The notes: generated from the sequence alone by a model not told the origin. A stretch of 53,651 nucleotides of DNA from a virus (IMGVR_UViG_3300050343_000116:1-53651); one strand, 5' to 3'; counted from the stretch's first letter, positions 32,801 to 41,160 are shown. Numbers and translations are program-made.

Positions 32801-35800
32801 GTGTTCAAGAACAAGCCGATCAAAGAATGGGAGGCGTGGAAGGACAAGACACTGATCAACTTCCTCTAAACCTCAAAGAAGTATCGACCCTATTCCCGAC
32901 CGCTGTCAGTCGAGAGGTAGACCCAGTTGAAAATGTCATCGTTAGCAACTACGAGGGCTACCAAAACAACAGCAAGTTCGAGCAGAACTCTGAGCTGATA
33001 GCGGGCTATAACAACCTGACTAGAAACGAGCGTCGTCGCGCACCTAAAGCGAGGACAGAGTCTCTTATCGGCCATGTCGTTGATAACCTGCTTCACATTT
33101 ACGATCAGGTTCCTCAAGAAATCAGAGACGTTTCAAAGCTTTGGTATGTTGGGGCAAACAAAATAGCCAATCAATTTTCCAACGAGTACGGGATATCCCT
33201 ATCTCAAGCTTCCGGCGTCATAGCCAACCTGTCTCCACAAAAAGACTGGTACATGAATGCAAGTCTGGCCGAACGTGCCATTGACGTTTACACAAACCAT
33301 CGCACAGATCCTTGGACCGACGCGATGCAGGCTAAAGCAGAAAAGCTATTCATGGAAAACAAAGACCTGAGCAAAAGTGCGGTCGAGAAAAACAAGGTGA
33401 TGCTTGAGAACGTAAAGAACAAGAGCCTTCAGCAGTTAATAGATGAAGGAGCCTCTAATCCTGAGCTTGGCATGTGGACTCGAACTTGGGATCAAACCTT
33501 CAACAACAGTAAGTATCGACTGGTTTCTCCTGATGGAACTTTGCTTGGTTTTGTTAAGACCAAAAAAGGTGAAGATGCCTCAATGGCTTGGGGCAGTAAC
33601 ATAGAAATTGGCAAGGCGTTGTCAGTCTTAGTTGATGGTAGCGATGCCAATATTTCTAAATCACTTGGTCAAGCAAACAAGGTACGAAACTTCTACAACA
33701 ATATCTTTGGTCCGATGAGTGACAAGGGCTTTGTAACCATCGACACTCATGCGGTAGCGGCAGGCTTAATGAAGCCTCTTTCAGGAACATCGAAAGAGGT
33801 CAATCACAACTTTGGTACTGGTAAGGGCGTAGGAAACTCCAGCGTTACCGGATATCGTGGAACGTATGCGGTGTTTGAAGAGGCGTATCGTCGTGCCGGA
33901 AGAGAACGCGGTATTCTTCCTCGTGAGATGCAGTCCATAACATGGGAAGCAGTTCGCGGTCTGTTTACAGACACCTACAAAAACAATGCTCAGAACACGC
34001 TTTTCGCAGAAGGCGTGTGGAACCAATACAGTAGTGGTAAACTCACATTAGACGAGGCTAGACAAAAGGTAAGTAATCATGCAGGAGGATTCAACAGACC
34101 CGACTGGTCTGAATCAGGACGCTCTAAAGATGTTCAGCCGGCTGGGACTTCAACCTTCGAGAGAGGCGTATCTGGAACTGATATATCCAGAAAGGAACTT
34201 GAAGACGGACCCACTGACGGGGGAAGAGGAGTCGATGCTCCCACCGATGTTCAGCGAAAACGAGTAGACTCTCGCTTTGAACCGCCACCCCCATCAGATA
34301 ATCAAGATCTAAACAGAGCTATAAGAGAAGAGGACAAGACCCTTCTCGATTCTGTTAAGACTCAGCTCCGTCGTTATTTGCTTCCGCAGGGTCTGCTCCC
34401 TGATTCCGTGTTCAAGCTAAAGATCGAGCGAGACTCAGAGCTGGGCGCCGTTGAAATTGACATCGGTCAGCTTGTTACAGCCTATGATCGAGCGGTTGAG
34501 AAGCATCACACACAGCTTACTGACGAGCAGAAAAAGCTACATCACGAAGCGCTTGGTGAGAAGTTTAGTGAGATTGAATCTTTAGGTCTTGAACCCGAGA
34601 TAAAAGATGCCATCGTCACGATGCGTAGATATATCGATAAGATGTCGGCAGACTACGCAATCGTTGTGGCTAAAGATGCTCAGCGCATTGCTCTTGACGG
34701 AGACCCCGACAAAGCAGAAGCCAAAATAGATCTAATAAATACGCTCGTGGAGAACATAGGAAGCTATGTCCATAGATCATATCGTGCGTTTGATGACCCT
34801 AACTGGCCAAAGAATGTCCCGGATGCCGTCTTGGATCGGGCTAGAAGTTACCTTGAGGAATCAGGGGCGACAAACGTAGAGAACGTAATCAATACCATTC
34901 TTAAGGACGGTACTGCATACGACTCTATGGAGGCTATGATTCGAGAGTCTAATCTAGGCGCAAAAGATCTGTCGATCTTAAAGGCAAGAAAAGACATTGC
35001 TCCACAAATCAGAGAACTATTAGGCGAGTATCAAGAGCCCCGGATTAACTTTGGTAAAACCGTTACCAAGATGTCTCGGCTTCTGTTTAACGACAGATTC
35101 CTGACCAAGGTTATGCAGGACGGTATGGGCGTCTACCTTTTTGAGGCTGATGATGCCCCGCCACAGGCATTCACTACTCTGGCAGCAGAGAGTTCTGACG
35201 CCATGGCTCCGCTAAACGGCCTGAAGACTACGCCTGAGATATCTCAAGCATTCCAAGATGCGCTTGGAAAAGAGCAGATGGCCGACTGGTACCGCATGAT
35301 TGTTCAGGCAAACGGCTTGGTAAAGTACGGCAAGACTGTCTTGTCTCCAACTACCGTTGCAAGAAACTACATGTCCGCATACTTCTTCACGCTGGCTAAC
35401 GGTCACTTCAACATCAGCAAAGCATCAGAGGCTTGGGCTACCAAGCAGGCTTTCTTTACTCGTGAAGGCGATCGAGTCGCTTACATGAGAAGGCTTAAAG
35501 AGCTTGGTGTTGTTTATGACTCTCCGTACACCGGAGAGATGATGAAATTACTTGAGGAATCGCGTCTGGAGTTTACTTACCAGAACCGGTTCGAAGGTAA
35601 TAACATTGCAGACAACACGAAGAAGCTTGCTGATCGGGCGACTAAGTTTTATCAGTACGGCGATGACTTCTGGAAGATCATTGGTTTTGAGAATGAGATC
35701 GACATCCTCATGGAAGCCAAGTCCTTAACTCGAGAAGAGGCTGAGCCACTAGCAGCCGAAAGGATCAGAAACACTTACCCAACCTATTCGATGGTAGGCA

Positions 35801-36921
35801 AAGGCGGACAGTGGCTAAGACGATTCCCTCTTGCTGGTACGTTTGTTTCTTTCCCGGCAGAAATCATTAGAACGTCATTCAACATGCTTCGATACCTTAA
35901 GCAGGATATGAATGACCCAGACATGTCGAGTGTTGTGCCAAAGAGAGTAGCCGGGTTGGCAATGGCCTCTGGTGGAGCGTTCGGATTGTCTGAGTTCTTA
36001 AAGTCATCTCTTGATATCGATGATGACGAAGAGGAAGCAATCAAGCTGTTAGCCCCACCTTGGTCTAAAAACTCAGACCTTGCATACGTTTCACGTAAAG
36101 ACGGGAACATCCAGTACATAGATCTTTCATCTCTTGATCCGTATTCATACTGGAAGCGTCCGATCAACGCCTTACTTCGTGACCAGCCCATGGATGATGC
36201 AATTGTTCAGGCTGCTGCTGAGCTACTGACGCCATTCTTTGGTAAGGATATTGGTGCTGGAGCGGTTGAAGAAGTCTGGTTCAATAAGAAAGAAACCGGC
36301 TCTCAAGTTTATAACCCGACAGAGCCTGCGGTTGACCAGCTTGCAGATATTACAGGTCACTTGTTCAAGCAACTCTCACCGGGCCTAGTTAACAACGCAA
36401 ATAGAATGATGAAAGCTATCGACGATGATGTCAGTGCTACAGGCAGACGTTATAAAGTAGGAGATGAGATTGCAGCTTTGGCTGGATTCCGAGTAAGCAC
36501 CTTAGACCCGAAGGTCTCTTTGTATTACAAGTCCTTTGAGTTTAACGAGAGCAAGCGCAACGCGACCAAGACTCTGACAGACGCATTCCGCAGTGTGAAT
36601 GACGTTTCTAATTCTGATCTTGAGGGTGCCTTCCGAAGCTCTTCTCGGGCAAGACGTAGAGCCTTTGATGACATGATCAAAATGGTTGGTGCTGCCAGAA
36701 GCTCAGGGCTCAATGAGGCAATGATACTTCGAGTTCTTAAGAATGGCGGTGTCAGCACTAAGGACGCAAAAGCTATTGCGAAGGGTGACTTTTCTTCCTA
36801 TCAGATCTCAGACAGCTCTCTAAAGCGTTACATAAGACGCGCCGAGTTCTTAACTGGTGAGGCCAAAGGGTCAGAGTACGAGCGCAGATTTAGGTTCCTA
36901 CAGTCGCTGGAGGAAGAGTAA
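29875..36921 (+). CDS. Giant internal virion/polyvalent protein (zincin metallopeptidase plus DNA-glycosylase-like domain)
   Basis: 2348 aa; EGVTEAMQE, LAHELSH...EAFAQ, WY...IANLSPQKDW...KVRNFYNNI...VTIDTHA...MQSITW, FVSFPAE. Confidence 0.8.
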   Translation: MPSLQEALGYSPISSRRKRQSDKRDDLNPLQNFTAGVSAGIDQTLGLAGGLKAWYGETIGDDDMVTEGLAYYQEKMQEASESRGDVMSYEDIEGIGDFADYAAYMVGNLLPTIGSVVGTGGLAGAAGQIGGRSAVNYQVKKKAKEAVDKRVKNTAQKLDKDAMVKNYASNLKGRSAVKGLSDKAASRAGSLGQTIGGVGGSIGLSTGDTFAAIYQETGELQAGTALGAGIISGSLDALTGMRALKRVLPADKFKKARDEVGEKVIKQRKIGQRMLEEGLKSSGIEGVTEAMQEFVQETAVKLVDNDYSSLSDAMYEAVAQEGAKSLYINSALAGALGGFVIGGASGIKSDPAPTKVQEPPSEDGPEIAPVSDEPSGPIIPQDLQIERNLRAREEARRIMMEAQQELDLGEPVVANEPRETVTDLIGQEVSYGDATGILTERDEGVFVVTPDEDVFVESGQNRGLAADSLGITRSNAPQDLEFENEVEFDTATSEFFVRGKKYQYTKSNTNDQGEVISVTAIGDNGQEVTFRNREIIDRIVRGVEQGERRFDSEQMVLMDELPMSVQRQIMTDQMEAGETSMPDQLTEAQAMDIAQRLPDQDQDQLTMEIGEAVRRSATFFSANAESAPAVQGMQSRVDETWSSMDRTNDNVDSSVAMERHNRLVGLNIPIKGTNDTYVVEEMNPEVLSGAESGLSYSRNQGGVQYEAQPLSSREELEPFKLALMDIASSGFPQSIIDSIAGFGIHNDSRGEMLEGVGGFHDFVQQYISVGENTAKNPKLLRNTLAHELSHRLDRAEGVTEREEFRAVVSEGTEGTTSIGSIKAPIEIDMGDVLFEIYEAYRTDTPIGNYFNYPFASLWSEFDKISKAFDAGEISKPKRDKQHRAVLKELKSEAFAQSSALYFAEPEMLAKHAPQMYQFMRDLTSPAQDVENESSIREEGDQPQSGQVSGEIQPPAPVAPVQVEDGSGAGRDGGVSSVQEQADQRMGGVEGQDTDQLPLNLKEVSTLFPTAVSREVDPVENVIVSNYEGYQNNSKFEQNSELIAGYNNLTRNERRRAPKARTESLIGHVVDNLLHIYDQVPQEIRDVSKLWYVGANKIANQFSNEYGISLSQASGVIANLSPQKDWYMNASLAERAIDVYTNHRTDPWTDAMQAKAEKLFMENKDLSKSAVEKNKVMLENVKNKSLQQLIDEGASNPELGMWTRTWDQTFNNSKYRLVSPDGTLLGFVKTKKGEDASMAWGSNIEIGKALSVLVDGSDANISKSLGQANKVRNFYNNIFGPMSDKGFVTIDTHAVAAGLMKPLSGTSKEVNHNFGTGKGVGNSSVTGYRGTYAVFEEAYRRAGRERGILPREMQSITWEAVRGLFTDTYKNNAQNTLFAEGVWNQYSSGKLTLDEARQKVSNHAGGFNRPDWSESGRSKDVQPAGTSTFERGVSGTDISRKELEDGPTDGGRGVDAPTDVQRKRVDSRFEPPPPSDNQDLNRAIREEDKTLLDSVKTQLRRYLLPQGLLPDSVFKLKIERDSELGAVEIDIGQLVTAYDRAVEKHHTQLTDEQKKLHHEALGEKFSEIESLGLEPEIKDAIVTMRRYIDKMSADYAIVVAKDAQRIALDGDPDKAEAKIDLINTLVENIGSYVHRSYRAFDDPNWPKNVPDAVLDRARSYLEESGATNVENVINTILKDGTAYDSMEAMIRESNLGAKDLSILKARKDIAPQIRELLGEYQEPRINFGKTVTKMSRLLFNDRFLTKVMQDGMGVYLFEADDAPPQAFTTLAAESSDAMAPLNGLKTTPEISQAFQDALGKEQMADWYRMIVQANGLVKYGKTVLSPTTVARNYMSAYFFTLANGHFNISKASEAWATKQAFFTREGDRVAYMRRLKELGVVYDSPYTGEMMKLLEESRLEFTYQNRFEGNNIADNTKKLADRATKFYQYGDDFWKIIGFENEIDILMEAKSLTREEAEPLAAERIRNTYPTYSMVGKGGQWLRRFPLAGTFVSFPAEIIRTSFNMLRYLKQDMNDPDMSSVVPKRVAGLAMASGGAFGLSEFLKSSLDIDDDEEEAIKLLAPPWSKNSDLAYVSRKDGNIQYIDLSSLDPYSYWKRPINALLRDQPMDDAIVQAAAELLTPFFGKDIGAGAVEEVWFNKKETGSQVYNPTEPAVDQLADITGHLFKQLSPGLVNNANRMMKAIDDDVSATGRRYKVGDEIAALAGFRVSTLDPKVSLYYKSFEFNESKRNATKTLTDAFRSVNDVSNSDLEGAFRSSSRARRRAFDDMIKMVGAARSSGLNEAMILRVLKNGGVSTKDAKAIAKGDFSSYQISDSSLKRYIRRAEFLTGEAKGSEYERRFRFLQSLEEE
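32666..32869 (+). CDS. Nested +1-frame small protein behind the metallopeptidase domain
   Basis: 67 aa, globular-looking; CAGGA RBS; coincides with a low-complexity linker of the host frame. Confidence 0.45.
   Translation: MKVQLEKKAISPNLDKYLEKFSHLPPSHLFRSKTVQELDEMAELAVFKNKPIKEWEAWKDKTLINFL
34079..34267 (+). CDS. Nested +1-frame acidic protein behind the glycosylase-like domain
   Basis: 62 aa, LGLQPSREAYLELIYP...LTGEEESMLP; AAGGT RBS; coincides with a linker. Confidence 0.55.
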   Translation: MQEDSTDPTGLNQDALKMFSRLGLQPSREAYLELIYPERNLKTDPLTGEEESMLPPMFSENE

Positions 36922-36963
36922 GGTTCAACTCATTAGAGAAATCGTTGCGGCACGAGGCTTCTC

Positions 36964-36976
36964 TAAGCTATTGATT
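36964..36976 (-). promoter_or_regulatory. IHF-binding site in attP
   Basis: AATCAATAGCTTA matches WATCAANNNNTTR. Confidence 0.65.
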
Positions 36977-36996
36977 TATAAGGAAACCCGTAGGTT

Positions 36997-37045
36997 TACC
37001 TTGCCAAGGTACAGGTCGCCAGTTCGAATCTGGTTTCCCGCTCCA
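36997..37045 (+). other. attP: attP core: 3' half of tRNA-Gly(GCC)
   Basis: TACC-TTGCCAA-GGTA anticodon arm, GCCAG-TTCGAAT-CTGGT T arm, TCCCGCTCCA end; no D arm; next to integrase. Confidence 0.9.
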
Positions 37046-37053
37046 TTCACTCT

Positions 37054-37080
37054 AAGCCCCTGATTTATCAGGGGTTTTTT
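37054..37080 (+). terminator. Terminator after the tRNA fragment
   Basis: AAGCCCCTGAT-TT-ATCAGGGGTT then T-run. Confidence 0.75.
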
Positions 37081-37157
37081 GTTTCTGAATGGCTTGAACC
37101 CATCCAGTGTACAGCTTTGGCTTTTTTAGTTTTGAACGACGTACCCAAAATCAAGGT

Positions 37158-38045
37158 TCAGTCCGCTCTCAACTTGCCCTCAATTCGACTTGCAGCGTCC
37201 AACTTATGAAAGTTGTTCATGTGAGTATAGCGCTGTAACGAATTAAGCGAACGCCATCCACCAATCTCCATCAGCTCACGAGTGTCAGTCTGAGCTTGGA
37301 AGTGCCATGTCGCAAACGTGTGTCGCATTGTATGAAAGCTTGTGCCCTTAGGTAGTCCGGCTAAGTCCACAGCCTTCCGCCAAGTCTTATTACAGACCGC
37401 GCTACGACTGAACGGCTTGCCGTTATTCTGAACAAAGACGCCATCAATCTTGCCTCGCAAAAATGGCCTGCGCTTTACCAATTCCTCTTGAGCACGCTCA
37501 CGTCTTTTTAAGATGTCGCGTGCATCACCATTCAGAGGAATGAGTGCCGGCTTACCATTCTTTGTTTCGGTCGACTCAATCGACATGTACCTACCGTCCT
37601 TGCTTATCTGAGACCAGCGTAGTGTCCGTACGTTGTTGTTGCGTTGTCCGCAACTCAAAGCAAACTCCACCATGTCTGCTCTCAGCGGGTCTAGCCATCT
37701 CAGTAAAGATCTAACTTGACCCGGGTCTAAGTGCAACTCTCTCATCGCTTCCGGCAATGTCTCGATTTTTGGCACACCCTCAATGACTTCAAGCTTGTCC
37801 CGTGCGTAGCACAGTGTCAGCCGTAAGTACTTGAGGTACGTGTTCACAGTCGAGTTACTAAGGCCGTGCTCGTAAAGCAGCTCCTCTTGCAGATCGTTAA
37901 TGTCTTTAGCCCGGATAGTAGAAATGTTTCTATTACCCCAGCGCTTGACCATCTGCTTGATCGCTAGTTTTGCCGCACGACTCTTATCATTACCTCTGCG
38001 TGTTTTTATTTTTAAATACCGCTCTGCTACATCTTTGAACTTCAT
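37158..38045 (-). CDS. int: Tyrosine integrase
   Basis: GQR...K...FHTMRHTFATW...GGW...RY catalytic residues; start MKFKDV with GGAG RBS. Confidence 0.93.
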   Translation of the reverse strand: MKFKDVAERYLKIKTRRGNDKSRAAKLAIKQMVKRWGNRNISTIRAKDINDLQEELLYEHGLSNSTVNTYLKYLRLTLCYARDKLEVIEGVPKIETLPEAMRELHLDPGQVRSLLRWLDPLRADMVEFALSCGQRNNNVRTLRWSQISKDGRYMSIESTETKNGKPALIPLNGDARDILKRRERAQEELVKRRPFLRGKIDGVFVQNNGKPFSRSAVCNKTWRKAVDLAGLPKGTSFHTMRHTFATWHFQAQTDTRELMEIGGWRSLNSLQRYTHMNNFHKLDAASRIEGKLRAD

Positions 38046-38092
38046 ATGACTCTCCGTGTGTATGAAGCCCCGCACCGCAGCTATACCTTATC

Positions 38093-38118
38093 AAAAAAAG
38101 GGGGGCGTTTCCGCCCCC
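38093..38118 (-). terminator. Terminator between recombination operon and integrase
   Basis: GGGGGCG-GAAA-CGCCCCC then C and 7 T on minus strand. Confidence 0.85.
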
Positions 38119-38210
38119 AATCACAAGGAGCCACCTTTCGGGGCGGCACGTTTTTTAGTCACTGGTGTGCCAAGCCAGTCAGGAACTCGGGTACCTATCA
38201 GACCCGAGGA

Positions 38211-38450
38211 CTAATTAACAACCTCGCCTTCTGCCACTTCCTCTGCCTCTTGGGGGAGGGGTTCCGGCAGAAGCTTTTTAGCATCAGCCAAGGTTGCATC
38301 TGCGCCAGCTCGAGCTGCCTCGAGTAGGGGTGCAAGGATTTGTATTGCTTGGTTAGCTTGTTGAACGAGTGCCAGCATCTGGCGTGGTCGCTCTCCAATC
38401 TCTTGAAAGTTGTACGACTTACCGTCGATACTAATTGTTTGATCACTCAT
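38211..38450 (-). CDS. Hypothetical protein
   Basis: 79 aa, ISIDGKSYNF plus helix; ATGA-coupled to the upstream gene. Confidence 0.7.
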   Translation of the reverse strand: MSDQTISIDGKSYNFQEIGERPRQMLALVQQANQAIQILAPLLEAARAGADATLADAKKLLPEPLPQEAEEVAEGEVVN

Positions 38451-38845
38451 CTTTTATGCTTACTCCTAGCGTTGTTTCGTAAAAGTTCATATGACCTTGG
38501 CGCTTGCACCAAGATCCTTGCTTGTGGGACAACCCTATTCTTGCTGAGGTCACCTCGCCCACATATCTCACAGAAGTCATCAGGCGTGTACCAGTACTCC
38601 TGAATTCCTACGAGGGCTATTGAGACTGTGGGGCTGACCTCTAGGATCTCACCACCAACAGTCATAAGTTGTTCAACACAGCCGTCTTTGGAATACACAT
38701 TTAAGAGACAATCTTGCTTGCCCTTATGGTCCCTGACCCGTCGAACCCATATTTTGTGCTCGAACGTAGTCTCTGGACTTTGGGGGTCCATGTTCTTTCC
38801 CCCGTATAAGACACTATCGACAGCTCGTGTTAGCCGTAAACCCAT
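38447..38845 (-). CDS. Divergent tandem CsrA/RsmA-like RNA-binding protein
   Basis: LRLTRAVDSVLYGG, VGGEILEVSPTVSIALVGI and QARILVQAPRSYELLR align by eye to CsrA LILTRRVGETLMIG, VGETLMIGDEVTVTVLGV and QVRIGVNAPKEVSVHR. Confidence 0.65.
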   Translation of the reverse strand: MGLRLTRAVDSVLYGGKNMDPQSPETTFEHKIWVRRVRDHKGKQDCLLNVYSKDGCVEQLMTVGGEILEVSPTVSIALVGIQEYWYTPDDFCEICGRGDLSKNRVVPQARILVQAPRSYELLRNNARSKHKR

Positions 38846-38855
38846 ATCAATACCT

Positions 38856-39260
38856 TTAAAACGGAATGTCTTCCTCGGGAAAGTCAGCTTGCTGTGGTGC
38901 AGGCTGTGGTGCAGGCTGTGGGGCTGGCTTGTTTGCAGGTTTAGTAGGTAACCAGTACTCGACGTTCAGCTGAGAGACTGCGCCATCGCGCTTCTGTTCA
39001 GCAACATCTAGATTGTATTTAATGGCCTCACCGCCATTTATATCGAGTGCTCCCTGCATCTCATCGATCACGTCCTGATCGATCTTCAGCCAACCGTTGA
39101 AGCTTGGAATCTTCAGCGCTTGCTGCTCTTTACTAAGATCTGTAAACCAGCTGTACTGCTTGAGATGGTTGTACTTCTCAAGTTTTTTCTCTCGATCTAG
39201 CGGGTAAAGGCGCCCCTTACCAGCCTTAATTGCCTCGAAGGCAGTAGGTTTATTTTGCAT
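38856..39260 (-). CDS. Single-stranded DNA-binding protein-like
   Basis: (PAPQ)n linker and acidic DFPEEDIPF tail; in exo/Sak module. Confidence 0.65.
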   Translation of the reverse strand: MQNKPTAFEAIKAGKGRLYPLDREKKLEKYNHLKQYSWFTDLSKEQQALKIPSFNGWLKIDQDVIDEMQGALDINGGEAIKYNLDVAEQKRDGAVSQLNVEYWLPTKPANKPAPQPAPQPAPQQADFPEEDIPF

Positions 39261-40291
39261 TAGTCATCTCCGATTGATTTGATTGATGATTGCAGTGAAT
39301 TACTCTGCCGACGCCATTCGTCGATAGAGCTATCTTTCTCTAGCAGGGCTTGTTCCCCGCCAAGAAATTCAAATGCCCCGCGGAAATCCACCGGAGGAGT
39401 TTTCTTGATGACCTGTATAGACACGAATCCGTTGGTGATTGACCGCTCGTACTTTTTAACTAGCTCTTTCTTGAGTGCGTCACGGCTAGCCTTGAGGTGG
39501 TCTAGGTCTTGAAGTGCTTGATAGTTCATGACCTCAATCTCATTGATCTTGCCTTGAATGTCGGCAAGCTCAGACATCTGGTCATCTTGGATTTCATCGT
39601 AGTCAGGCTTCAGCGGATCAAGGTGCTTTTGAGCCCGTTCAGGATCGGCAGCCTCAGCTTGAATGAAGTCATACCAAGCCTTGAACAAATCAAGTCTAGT
39701 GACGGACCCCTTTTTTGGTGTTGGCAACAGCCTTCCTTCAAGCTCCTCGTCCAACCAATCCCAGTTGCGCTCTACTCTATCGATGTGCCATTGGCCTTCA
39801 GCCTGTGGATCGGTCGCTAAGTAGCACATGAAGTCACACCAATCTAGGTCACAGACCTCCATGACCATGTGGCACTGCCATAAATACATGATTCGCTTTT
39901 CGTCAAAGACAGAGTAAGGCGCCTTGGTCCACTTAGGATAGGGGCACTTGAACTCGGCACAGCCTTCAATACCAATCAGACCATCAGGCGATGCGGCTAG
40001 GAACGAGTGCTTTGAATGTACGACCAAGCCAGTCTCATCAACTTTGTACCGTTGAATTTGCTCAAGCTTGACGCGGGCATAGTCCTCCATCATGGAGCCA
40101 TGCTCTACTGCCGCGTTGGTTTGAAACTCAGACTCGGCACCAAGGATAGCCCTTACCTCTTGGCGGACAACTTCCTCGACCTTCATGTAAGGGTGCTTGT
40201 TCTCATAAGCAGCGCAGATACTTGCTTTGATCAGGCCAGCTCTGGCTTTTAGCCACCCCTCAGAACCTTGGGGGTGCATCATGCTGACCAC
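39260..40291 (-). CDS. YqaJ/lambda-type exonuclease
   Basis: QGSEGWLKARAG..KAS, HGSMME, LAASPDGL, EFKCP, WQCH.MEV. Confidence 0.9.
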   Translation of the reverse strand: MVSMMHPQGSEGWLKARAGLIKASICAAYENKHPYMKVEEVVRQEVRAILGAESEFQTNAAVEHGSMMEDYARVKLEQIQRYKVDETGLVVHSKHSFLAASPDGLIGIEGCAEFKCPYPKWTKAPYSVFDEKRIMYLWQCHMVMEVCDLDWCDFMCYLATDPQAEGQWHIDRVERNWDWLDEELEGRLLPTPKKGSVTRLDLFKAWYDFIQAEAADPERAQKHLDPLKPDYDEIQDDQMSELADIQGKINEIEVMNYQALQDLDHLKASRDALKKELVKKYERSITNGFVSIQVIKKTPPVDFRGAFEFLGGEQALLEKDSSIDEWRRQSNSLQSSIKSIGDD

Positions 40292-40950
40292 CCCTTCTTG
40301 CTACAGACCTCTTCCCACCGATTGAGACGGTAGTCTTCCAGACCGCGAGACTTCAGAGCCTTAACATATCGATCAAACATTTTTTGACCGGCAGTTTTTG
40401 TTCGCGCCTTTTGGATTTCTTCGAGGCTGGTCATCCAAAGCCTATCAATGCTGTTCCTGACTTTTGAGTCCGCTTCTGTGTCGTCCGTGGGTAAAACATC
40501 CCCAGAGGACTGGTCAGTGACTTCTTCTACAACTTCCGGCTCTTCTGCCGTTGGCTTCTTGAGCCACAGTTGATGGCCAAGGCCGAACTCAGCCATCGCC
40601 TTAACGCGACACCTTTGCTTGGCGGTGTTTATTTGAAAGCTGTTAGGGTTGCGTACAACATCACCGCCGTCTCTCACCATGTAAGAGGTGATCTGGGTGT
40701 GCCCTAAAACCGTCATGCGACACCTAACCTCGCAGGTACCGTCATTGAAGTAATGAACTTCCCGGCTTTCGGGGTCTTCGGTAAATTCCCATGTGTATTC
40801 TGGGAAGTTGTCCATCATGAGTACGTGCGCGTTCATCCAAGACACAGCGGGAAACTTTTCCCCGCTTATCGTTTCGGACTCAGTGCAGTGTGGTTTTATG
40901 TTTACAGCAGAAAGGGTTGCCCATATGTGGGCTTTAGAAGTCTTGTCCAT
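40279..40950 (-). CDS. Sak/Rad52-like single-strand annealing protein
   Basis: SWMNAH...FPEYTW...INTAKQRCRVKAMAEFGLG. Confidence 0.78.
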   Translation of the reverse strand: MDKTSKAHIWATLSAVNIKPHCTESETISGEKFPAVSWMNAHVLMMDNFPEYTWEFTEDPESREVHYFNDGTCEVRCRMTVLGHTQITSYMVRDGGDVVRNPNSFQINTAKQRCRVKAMAEFGLGHQLWLKKPTAEEPEVVEEVTDQSSGDVLPTDDTEADSKVRNSIDRLWMTSLEEIQKARTKTAGQKMFDRYVKALKSRGLEDYRLNRWEEVCSKKGWSA

Positions 40951-40989
40951 GTCGCATATCCGTGTAGTAAATCAATAGATTCACCACGA

Positions 40990-41017
40990 AGTTTACGCTT
41001 GCAAATGAGTTTGTCAA
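40990..41017 (-). promoter_or_regulatory. Sigma70 promoter of recombination/CsrA-like operon
   Basis: TTGACA-16 nt-TAAACT. Confidence 0.65.
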
Positions 41018-41160
41018 TTACTAGATGGATTTGGACTGTCTTTTCCTATTAATTTTGCGACCACATCGTCACATTCTTTTACATGTATCGATGGATTATC
41101 TTCAATAAATTTCCGGATTAGTTTGAATAAAGCCTCGTCCGTGAGTTTCTCTTTTCCCAT
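41014..41160 (-). CDS. 48-aa hypothetical protein downstream of repressor (not in ORF track)
   Basis: MGKEKLTDEALFKLIRKFIEDNPSIHVKECDDVVAKLIGKDSPNPSSN; AAGGA upstream. Confidence 0.5.
   Translation of the reverse strand: MGKEKLTDEALFKLIRKFIEDNPSIHVKECDDVVAKLIGKDSPNPSSN

Noticed and set aside
36997-37045. Complete tRNA-Gly gene
   Set aside because: The 5' half is missing; interpreted as the attP core
38186-38208. CTGATAG in a hairpin as a fourth hammerhead
   Set aside because: Lacks the CUGANGA core and the three-stem junction
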